Shown: one piece after another, positions 39,515-46,863 of the stretch
Position numbering within the stretch: the stretch's first letter is position 1
How the letters are laid out: each line of letters begins with the position of its first letter
Program-made: the position numbers and the translations under genes
The notes under the pieces: model-generated
Told to the model about the DNA's origin: nothing
Database searches by the model: none
Seen by the model: the letters and a program-made list of their open reading frames with translations, nothing else
Assembly (NCBI GenBank): GCA_016930515.1
Contig: JAFGGO010000183.1
Span: forward strand, 1-46,863
DNA: 46,863 nt
Direction: 5' to 3'
Source of the DNA: Promethearchaeota archaeon
GTDB taxonomy: Archaea; Asgardarchaeota; Lokiarchaeia; Sigyniarchaeales; SOKP01

Positions 39515-40465
39515 TTAAAGACTCAAGACGGGGCCGATCACCGCTGCTAAAACGCCTGCCGACTTTACCAGGCCTTCGAACTTGAGGTGTTTAAAGTGTT
39601 TTTCAACTATCCGTTTCACGCGGGATTGGACCGTGCTCATGCGAATCCCGAGCCTTTTACAGACCTGGTTGACCGAAAGGTCCGTCCTGTCCTGGTGATA
39701 ACACAGCAGGGCAAGCGAGGCCGCAACGCCGGCAATGGCGTCGTCGGTCGTGCAGGCCATCGAGGAGTAAAACTTGTACAGCAGGGCCTTGGAGCGGAAA
39801 AAAAAGGACGGTCCGAGACCGAAGTGCTCCGATACTTCCAAGATCCTTCTCAAGACGTACTCGATGCGGTTGCGCCGGGCGTGCTCGGGCATGAAATTGG
39901 CGACCTGGAGCTTGAAGGCGTTGTACTCCTTTTTCGTTATTTTCGAGACCTCGAGCAGGGCTTTCTCGTCGATCGGCACGCTTCTTAGCTTGAGCGAAAA
40001 GTAAATGGAAAGGGGCGCGAGCTTTTCGGGATTTCGGTACTTGGTGCCGGGCCTCAGAGCCGCCCGAAACGCCTGAAATCGGCAAAAGCAGATTTCCTTG
40101 TAGGCGGGAGGGAGGTCGAGCGCTTCGAAAATTCTCCTGATCTCGAACCGCGCCCGTAGCAGGGCCGCTTCTTGGGAGTCCTTGATGGAATCGAGCCGGC
40201 TCAAGGCCTCGAGCCTGTGGAACCTTCCAGAATAGAGCCGCTCTTTCCTGGTCCCGAGCGTAGTGCCCGCTCCAACGGCGTTTTGAACCCTTCTCCCGTC
40301 GTACGGGCGGCAGGACGCGAGCACGGGAGCTTCGAGCACGAGACCGCACGCCTCGCAGACCATGCCGCGCTCGTGGGGTACCAAGGGGTTCGAGCCGCAG
40401 GAATCGCAGGATCGGGTGTTTTCACGGTTCTTGGGGGACTTGTTAAACTTTTCTAATGTTGCCAT
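39515..40465 (-). CDS. Divergent TFB/TFIIB-like paralog
   Basis: CDSCG...MVCEACG Zn ribbon, cyclin-like helices, C-terminal HTH SVNQVCKRLGIRMSTVQSR. Confidence 0.75.
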   Translation of the reverse strand: MATLEKFNKSPKNRENTRSCDSCGSNPLVPHERGMVCEACGLVLEAPVLASCRPYDGRRVQNAVGAGTTLGTRKERLYSGRFHRLEALSRLDSIKDSQEAALLRARFEIRRIFEALDLPPAYKEICFCRFQAFRAALRPGTKYRNPEKLAPLSIYFSLKLRSVPIDEKALLEVSKITKKEYNAFKLQVANFMPEHARRNRIEYVLRRILEVSEHFGLGPSFFFRSKALLYKFYSSMACTTDDAIAGVAASLALLCYHQDRTDLSVNQVCKRLGIRMSTVQSRVKRIVEKHFKHLKFEGLVKSAGVLAAVIGPVLSL

Positions 40466-40798
40466 TTTTTTTCACGCACCTTATTATTGAAATACTAATA
40501 AGAACTATATAGGGGGGAGTGTGACTTTTAAAGTTAACGGTTAGGATCGAGATCGAGGACTTCGAGCCTCGAATCCTTTTTTTTCACCTTATGATCTTTA
40601 CTAATTTAGGACGAAAAGTGCGACTTTTTTTACATTAGCACAAAACTGGTTCTGGGAAAATGGCGATCAAGGGTAATTAAACGAATATTTATGCTCGATA
40701 GACCGTGGACTATTTTTAAGGGATGATAATTTCGATAAAAGCGTAAAATACACGAGATAAATTTATTCGATCAATAATTGCAGAATTCAAGAACTTGT

Positions 40799-41905
40799 TC
40801 ATTCTGGAAATATTTTTCTTCTTATAAAAGTCTTATATAATGGCAAAATTTTTAAAATTGAAGTATTTTCTTCTAAACAATCTTTTAAACAGAGATAAAC
40901 AGAATTTGGTAGGTTTTCTTTTAACTTTAATCCTTTCTTGATAAAGGAATTTTGCATTAATAGTGTTTGCATCGCAATGAAATTTTGAAAAGTTTCTTGG
41001 TCACAATTTAATTCTTCAGGAATCCATTGTAGTGACTTTTGCGAGGGATATTTCAAAATTTTTTTATTGCTTGCATATAAAATGTTCCCAATTAGCGTTT
41101 CTTTTGAAGGAAAAATCGTTTCATATTGACTTAAACCATAATAGGAATTAACTAGCGGATCTTGTCGAACACTTGGAGGTATTATTGATTGGAATACTTC
41201 TGAACATTTGGCATTATAACCATGGTCAATGAAAGGATAAATAAAAGAACTATTGGGATTTTTTAAAATTAAAAACTCGCGATCAGAAGCGTATTCAGGA
41301 TTCACAAGAGGAAAAGGTAATCCTAACGCTTTATGAAGCATGAATGAATAACTCATATTAATAAATCCAACATTATTCACGATCGTTCCGATACAAATCG
41401 GATAATGCATTATAAAGCTCAATCCGACTCCGAATACATTAAGACATTCAAAATCCTGTTTCGTTCTGTAAATGAGAAGAAGTCGATCGTTTCTCATTGC
41501 TCCCGTATTAATGTAGTAATGAGGTGCTTTATTGTGAACGTTTTGCGTGTGATACATTGAAGCAAAAGCGGATCCTATCCTGATTTTATCGAACCAAGCC
41601 AAAAGCAGGTTGAGATCTTTCGGATCTAATGGTCTTTTATCGATAATATCTTGCATTATTTGTCTTGCTTTTCCTTCAATTTGTTCTCCAAAATCTTTAT
41701 TACATTGATAACATGCTGGAAGAACAAATGTTTTGAAAGGAAATTTCTTGATTTCAACGATTCCATCATTAATAAAAGGACCAAATGTACCTTGCCTATT
41801 AATGCTTCCAGTAAGTTCTAATAACCATTTTGGGAGCAGGTGCTCGTTATTCTTATCTACGGGAGGCTTTCCACAAAAAATACAAAATCTTTCCATTAAA
41901 ATCAC
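40799..41905 (-). CDS. Hypothetical protein with N-terminal HNH-like Zn-nuclease motif
   Basis: CIFCG...EHLLPKWL...PACYQCN; low GC. Confidence 0.55.
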   Translation of the reverse strand: MILMERFCIFCGKPPVDKNNEHLLPKWLLELTGSINRQGTFGPFINDGIVEIKKFPFKTFVLPACYQCNKDFGEQIEGKARQIMQDIIDKRPLDPKDLNLLLAWFDKIRIGSAFASMYHTQNVHNKAPHYYINTGAMRNDRLLLIYRTKQDFECLNVFGVGLSFIMHYPICIGTIVNNVGFINMSYSFMLHKALGLPFPLVNPEYASDREFLILKNPNSSFIYPFIDHGYNAKCSEVFQSIIPPSVRQDPLVNSYYGLSQYETIFPSKETLIGNILYASNKKILKYPSQKSLQWIPEELNCDQETFQNFIAMQTLLMQNSFIKKGLKLKENLPNSVYLCLKDCLEENTSILKILPLYKTFIRRKIFPE

Positions 41906-41914
41906 AATTTTCTA

Positions 41915-42570
41915 TCATATTATATTAATTATGATCAAGAAATTCCAAAAATATAAAAAGATATGATTTAATTGTTTCCATACATGGTTATGCTGAAAAA
42001 CATTATCTTTACCATATTTTATCGAGAATTCAAGACAACAAGAAGCACATATAATCTTACACTCTGCTTCAATAGCGTAAAAAATTTGATTCAATAAACC
42101 TCCAATGAGCCCCATGTGGTTGTTATAATTTTTAAATAAATCGCTTTGTATTTTACAAATTATTGCTTGGTCTTCTTTTGGTAACAATTTAATATCTTCT
42201 TGAATTAACGACCGGATTTTTTTTTATCCAAAAACTCTTGAAGAGACGCCTTGATCCTTGACTCTTCGGTTAAATATTCCTGATTTATGTTTTTAATATT
42301 AAACCTAACTGATTCTATTCTAGTATTAACTAAGTTTTTATGAACTTGAATTCTTTTTGACAAATTATTTCTTAAATTTCTGTTTGCGATTTCCTGTTCA
42401 ATTTTTTTATATCTCTCAATAAAACCATTATTATCTGAATAATCGTTGATAAAACTTTCACAAATGTCTTTACAATCCTTTAAAATTATTTTAAGATCAG
42501 ATATTGAATTAATATGACTGATCGTTTTTGGTTGTAAGCCATTCAATAAGTCTATAGAGATCTTGTTCAA
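41915..42570 (-). pseudogene. Probable single gene split by a frameshift in an A9 tract (42217-42225)
   Basis: A -1 shift at GAT AAA AAA AAA joins ...EFLDKK to IRSLIQEDIKLLPKEDQ...; no ATG start found. Confidence 0.5.
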
Positions 42571-42811
42571 ATTGATCGGAATCTTGTTTAAATGAAAACT
42601 AAATTAAATTATGAAATATATTTAAATATTCACGATATTTGATTAAATATAATTTATCTTAGATTGATAGCTTTAACTACAGATGTTTTCAAAAAAAAAG
42701 CAAACTCTCTCATATTAGATTGTTTTGCTTTAGGAATTTCATTTGTTTTTCGCGATTTAATTTCACGAACTTCATGTTTCCATCGTGTTGTCTTAATGAT
42801 GTTTTTGTTTC

Positions 42812-43633
42812 TTAAGTTTCTTGATCCTTAAAAGCACTTAAAATGTCTCCAAGATCTTTCTCGTTAACTTTTCTGAGGTAACGCCTTGACACGTGACCCA
42901 AACGTTCCACGAGAGGAACGTTTAATTTTTCGATACGCGTGGACTGGCGCTTGGCGTTTACCAGTTTCCGATACCTCTCATGGATGCCCATGCCCAAGAA
43001 CACGACGACCTGAGGTCGCAAGATTTCAATTTCTCGCCTGAGCCAATTATTCACGCAATTTTTTATGACATCTCTTGGAAACTTGCTCGCGGGCATGTCT
43101 TTTTCGATGCTGCTGCATTTCACAAAATTCGTGTAGGCACAGAAGTCAAACACGTCTGTTGTGGTTTTTTCGAAGTATGTTTTAAATCCCCATGTGAAGA
43201 GCCTGACGAGTTCGTCGTTGAAGGTGTTTTCCATTCCCAAGGTTACGTTTTCAAGAAAGTGATATTCGAGATTTTCTTGCTTGATGGTTCGATTGATGTC
43301 GCTTACGAACTTCTCGTCGGCCTTGAAGGCGTTCTTTTTCGCAATGTCGAACATTCTCTTGGTGTAAAGCAAGTATCCCTTCGATAAATTTCTTTCGTTG
43401 CCGGTGCTCACGAATTCCTTGACCATTGCTTCTTCTTTTTTAGCTGGAGTGCCGGGATTTTGTGCCACTAATAGGAATTTCACGGGAACATTCTTGAAGT
43501 AAAAACCACGCGGAACATATCCCGTTTTCGGATCGATTTTGAATCGTTCCTTGAATTTTGTAATGCCTTTACATGCCCTACATTCCACGCATTCTTGATA
43601 CAAGGCTTCGAGTTTTTCTTTACTTGTCATCAA
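42812..43633 (-). CDS. Uracil-DNA glycosylase superfamily protein (Fe-S type)
   Basis: CRAC, LLVAQNPG, YTNFVKC, C...WLRREIEILRPQVVVFLG, HVS. Confidence 0.75.
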   Translation of the reverse strand: MMTSKEKLEALYQECVECRACKGITKFKERFKIDPKTGYVPRGFYFKNVPVKFLLVAQNPGTPAKKEEAMVKEFVSTGNERNLSKGYLLYTKRMFDIAKKNAFKADEKFVSDINRTIKQENLEYHFLENVTLGMENTFNDELVRLFTWGFKTYFEKTTTDVFDFCAYTNFVKCSSIEKDMPASKFPRDVIKNCVNNWLRREIEILRPQVVVFLGMGIHERYRKLVNAKRQSTRIEKLNVPLVERLGHVSRRYLRKVNEKDLGDILSAFKDQET

Positions 43634-43701
43634 CGATCAACTTGTTCTTTAACAATAAAATAATAAGAGCGTGTTTTTAAAAATCTAATGTAGTGAAAAA
43701 A

Positions 43702-44266
43702 TTAGAAATCAACTTCTCTTGAACGATATTTTGGTTTAAACTCGATCCCATTCAAGGTCGTGGCAAGCTCGTATTCGACTGTCTCTGCCAGTTCTTCTAC
43801 CAAGGACTCGAACGTGTCGGCGTCCACGAGGTCCGAAATTGCCTCTAAATCCTTTTTTGCGCCTTTTTTGACGCCCTCAACGATTTTTTCGATCGTTCTC
43901 GATTTTGAAATTGTGGAAGTATCGTTCCTTTCGATCGATGGGTTTTCAGAAGGAGTTCTTTTCGTGATCTCGATGAGTGCAAGCGTTTTTTTCACGGGAT
44001 CCAGGACTTTTTTTTGCAAGACCTCTTTTCCTTTCGATGATATGTTAATGGGTCTGTTGTGTCCACCGTTTCACTCGACGAGTCCTTCCTTCTTGAGCGA
44101 GGAAAGGGCCCTGGATACCTGTCCCTTGTCGCGCTTGAGGATATTTACGGTTTCGCTAAATGTAATTGTTCGGTTTTTTATCAGTAATAACAATACCTTG
44201 CTTGAAAGATCGAGTCCTCTCGCTTGTATCGCCTTTTATCGTGGTTCTTGACGGTCCGTCAACCAT
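43702..44266 (-). pseudogene. Decayed winged-helix (MarR/ArsR-like) regulator
   Basis: The frame upstream of the 105-aa ORF reads ...TITFSETVNILKRDKGQVSRALSSLKKEGLVE*NGGHNRPINISSKG with TGA at 44071-73. The ATG at 44266 is out of frame with it (shift near 44235). Confidence 0.7.
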
Positions 44267-44330
44267 TGTTGTGCACTTATCAACGTCCACGAGTTGACGA
44301 TCCGTCAATGTTTGTTGATGAGATGTCAAC
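44248..44330. promoter_or_regulatory. Array of four palindromic operator boxes, consensus GTTGA-N7-TCAAC
   Basis: TTGACGGTCCGTCAA (44248), GTTGTGCACTTATCAAC (44268), GTTGACGATCCGTCAA (44293), GTTGATGAGATGTCAAC (44314); spacing 21/25/21 bp. Confidence 0.75.
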
Positions 44331-44381
44331 GGTTGTATTAAAAGAAAAAAAAGACCAAGAAAACATGGAGTTGCTAAGATT

Positions 44382-45170
44382 TTAAGAATGCCTTGCGTTT
44401 AAGGATCTTACCTTCTTCGAAAGAGGCTCTAAATAGTCGAGATTACAACGACCTTCGATCGTGATCAATTTTAGGTTCGGACACGAGCGCGTGAAAGCGT
44501 CAATATCGCCCGAGAAACGGGTATTTAGCTCTCGAACCTGAACTGCTGCGATCTTGGGCCCTAGCTTGCTTATAAATTCTGCTTTCAAGCGTGAATCGGC
44601 GTGATCCAGGTCAAGGTTGACGAGAGCAGGAGCGCTAAAGGCTTGAAGAACGAGGTGCATTCTCGAGGGGCCGTTCACGAGCGTGCGATCGGCGGCGTGT
44701 TGCACGTTTTCGATTAAAAACATCACGCTCGCCTCTTCGGCTTGTTGTTCAATCATTTCAAATCCCGGTAAGAACGCATTTCGAGCGTCGTGTCCTTCGC
44801 TCAGGGCAAATTCCAATTCTTCTTCGGACTTGGCGTAGTGAACCGGGTGCAAGGTAACGCTCGGGATTCCGAATCGAGCAGCAAGGCTTATCGTGGCATT
44901 GAGCACACCAATTCGCTTTCGGAAGCTAAACGAGTCGTCTCCTCTTAACATGGGCGCGTGAAGGTTCAAGCACTCCATCGACAAATCGGCGACCAAACGC
45001 AGGACCTCTCTCATGCCAGAATCGTTCACGCTCCCGTCAAACCGCGAAACGATCGAGTCAGGTGATATGTAAATCTCGATCTCGTTAACGCCTGCCCTTC
45101 CAAAATGCTCGATCGCTTCCCTCACGCCGTGCTCGGGCCATAGAATCCCCGTGGACGCGACGATTTTCAC
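44382..45170 (-). CDS. Sugar-phosphate isomerase/AP endonuclease 2-like TIM barrel protein
   Basis: NLHAP, VTLHP, LIEN, NLDLDHA metal motifs; GGAGG SD upstream. Confidence 0.7.
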   Translation of the reverse strand: MKIVASTGILWPEHGVREAIEHFGRAGVNEIEIYISPDSIVSRFDGSVNDSGMREVLRLVADLSMECLNLHAPMLRGDDSFSFRKRIGVLNATISLAARFGIPSVTLHPVHYAKSEEELEFALSEGHDARNAFLPGFEMIEQQAEEASVMFLIENVQHAADRTLVNGPSRMHLVLQAFSAPALVNLDLDHADSRLKAEFISKLGPKIAAVQVRELNTRFSGDIDAFTRSCPNLKLITIEGRCNLDYLEPLSKKVRSLNARHS

Positions 45171-45194
45171 GCGATCAGGCCTCCATTTAAGATT

Positions 45195-46361
45195 TTATTT
45201 TACTCTTTTCTGATAGACCACGTACCTTCTCGCCGTCTTGGAGTGCGGAAAGATGGACCGCACGGCCGCCTCGTTGTCGTACCAAATGGAGGTACCTTCG
45301 AAATAGGCGGCACCGAACAGGCGGGCGGTCAACTGTCCTAAGTTATTAAGGGCCGAAAATAGACCCTTTCCCCTGAAATCTGCGCCCACTAAGGCCGTGT
45401 CCACGTTGATTCGCGTCAACGGATTTCCAAGGGCCGTCTCGTACAGGTCGGGAACTCCCAAGAGTAGTCCTGCGATCCTTCCCGTCGAGCGCTCGATTGC
45501 CAAGGGCGCAAGAGGTGCGATCGATTCGAGGTCGCACGAGTTCCACGCCTCGATAAACAACGGATCGACCTTTTTCACGTTAATGGCACCAAAGCCCTTG
45601 AACTGAAACGCCTCTTTCGGGACCGTTTCTTGGAACGAAAGGATCTCGTCGAACCTGTCCGTTCCTCCGGAAGAATCGGGAAGAACCGCGTAAAACGACC
45701 CCTTTGCAAGGTCCAGGATCTCGTCCTTTTTCTCTCGCAACTCGTCAAGGGACAGGTATTCGAACCTAAACTTGTTGGAAACATTCTTAGCAGACTTCCA
45801 GGTGGACTCGGACACTTCCATGGAGGCGTACGTGGCATCGGGAGCGTATCCTAACCTTTCCAGGTATCGCCTGACGGGGGACCTCGCTCGCCCGAACGGC
45901 ACGCCGTAAAGCATCTGGCGGTTAAAGCCTTGGACCTGGATTCCGTACCCGCCAACGCCTTTTGGGAAGGCAACGGGACCCCTGAGCTTTCGAGACTTGA
46001 TATTTTTCGCAAAATCCTCGCACTCTATCATTAACGCCTGGCACGTCTCGAAATCGGAAGCGACCAGCCAACCGAACGTGGCGCACGCCCTTCCGTGGCT
46101 CTTGTAGAACGGGTCGAGCTGGCACGAGACGAAGCCCGTTGGAGTTCCGTTCCTGAGGACCATAAAAGCCTTTACCTGGAAGGTGCCTTCAGAATATTTC
46201 GATTCGAGGTAAGTGGCGATTTCCCTTGCCACAAGCGGCTTTAAACGGTCGTTTGGCACTTCCAGCACGTCGTTCAGTGCTTTTTCGATCCAGGAGCGGT
46301 CGGTCGCCTCGACCACGGTAATTCTGGGCAGTGATCCGATTCCTAAAGTCGTTGATTGCAT
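45195..46361 (-). CDS. Tandem GNAT-fold protein (YghO-like)
   Basis: ATFGW...ALMIECE...LRGPV, GVPDLYE, FRGKGL acetyl-CoA motif, TSIWYDN, RRYVVYQK. Confidence 0.7.
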   Translation of the reverse strand: MQSTTLGIGSLPRITVVEATDRSWIEKALNDVLEVPNDRLKPLVAREIATYLESKYSEGTFQVKAFMVLRNGTPTGFVSCQLDPFYKSHGRACATFGWLVASDFETCQALMIECEDFAKNIKSRKLRGPVAFPKGVGGYGIQVQGFNRQMLYGVPFGRARSPVRRYLERLGYAPDATYASMEVSESTWKSAKNVSNKFRFEYLSLDELREKKDEILDLAKGSFYAVLPDSSGGTDRFDEILSFQETVPKEAFQFKGFGAINVKKVDPLFIEAWNSCDLESIAPLAPLAIERSTGRIAGLLLGVPDLYETALGNPLTRINVDTALVGADFRGKGLFSALNNLGQLTARLFGAAYFEGTSIWYDNEAAVRSIFPHSKTARRYVVYQKRVK

Positions 46362-46592
46362 TTTCGATTAACCCTGCGTTTTTTTTTGCGCAAAAGACGA
46401 CGGTCGGATCGAAGGCCTTGGAGATACTTTTCTTCCAAGGGTTCACATCGAATCGTTTTCATGGAAGTGACTAATAAGGCCACGTCGATCTTCTCGTCGT
46501 CTGCATCTCAATTCATCGAACGTATATAAAGAAAAAAAGAGCTTGAAAACTTGAAAATGAATATTTAATAAGACAATTATAAATTAATGTGT

Positions 46593-46863
46593 TCATATTT
46601 TCTCATTTAAGTTGTTCCTATTTTTATGCAATGTAATTATTGAAATTATTCCTAGGCCAACTAAGACCGCGATCATGTCAAATCCAAGGATTTGATTTCT
46701 TGGCAGATCAGTTGAAGCTTCTTCGTCATAAAAGACTATTTTTCTGACGATTATATCTTCTTGACAGGTATTGTCGAGCGTGTCGTTTGCGAAAAACGAG
46801 ACAGTCACTAAGGTACCGTTCGCAAATGTGCCCCACTCAGAGGCGTCTATCGTACCGTTTTCC
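46593..46863 (-). CDS. C-terminal part of a surface protein with a membrane anchor (runs off the window)
   Basis: NGTLVTVSFFANDTLDN (N-glycosylation sequons), then ILGFD, a hydrophobic helix and a basic tail. Confidence 0.65.
   Translation of the reverse strand, partial: ENGTIDASEWGTFANGTLVTVSFFANDTLDNTCQEDIIVRKIVFYDEEASTDLPRNQILGFDMIAVLVGLGIISIITLHKNRNNLNEKI

Noticed and set aside
44071-44073. Selenocysteine at the in-frame TGA
   Set aside because: Not a redox context, no SECIS recognised, and the gene has a second lesion.
44248-44330. Mini CRISPR array
   Set aside because: Repeats are 15-17 bp with gaps of only about 4-10 bp, and no cas genes are present; this looks like an operator array.
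25027-46863. Provirus or integrative element at the tRNAs
   Set aside because: No integrase, capsid, replication gene or duplicated tRNA end was seen, and the island lies on the 5' side of the tRNAs.

Overview
Archaeal chromosomal window, most likely an Asgard archaeon of the Lokiarchaeia/Promethearchaeota. This is inferred from archaeal-type MAT, GatDE, Nop5/fibrillarin, two TFB paralogs, and TPR/LRR proteins with Loki-like N-terminal domains. Bases 1-20.2 kb are AT-rich core genes: mat, an HTH regulator, rnhB, fibrillarin, nop5, peroxiredoxin, pyrD/pyrK, elp3, gatE/gatD, rpl2, tfb and two RHH-HisKA-REC paralogs. Next come a GC-rich flavin oxidoreductase, an SDR, a methyltransferase and two intron-containing tRNAs (Lys-CUU with a T-loop intron, Ser-UGA with an anticodon-loop intron). 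From about 25.6 kb the window is an accessory region of mixed GC content: a JAB protein, a giant wHTH-TPR-GIY-YIG-like protein, a NYN/PIN RNase, a PD-(D/E)xK-HerA fusion, TPR/LRR proteins, a second TFB, HNH-like and UDG-like genes, a decayed wHTH with a four-box operator array, and a GNAT plus TIM-barrel pair. The most striking observation is that rnhB (RNase HII) is split inside its catalytic DEAGRGP motif by a 30-nt stop-containing insert. The insert folds into a relaxed bulge-helix-bulge whose predicted cuts restore the motif exactly, making it a candidate tRNA-type intron in an Asgard mRNA. The second is a candidate defence or stress module: wHTH-TPR regulator, palindromic operator, NYN RNase and nuclease-HerA. 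All family calls were made by eye from motifs; no searches or folding programs were run.
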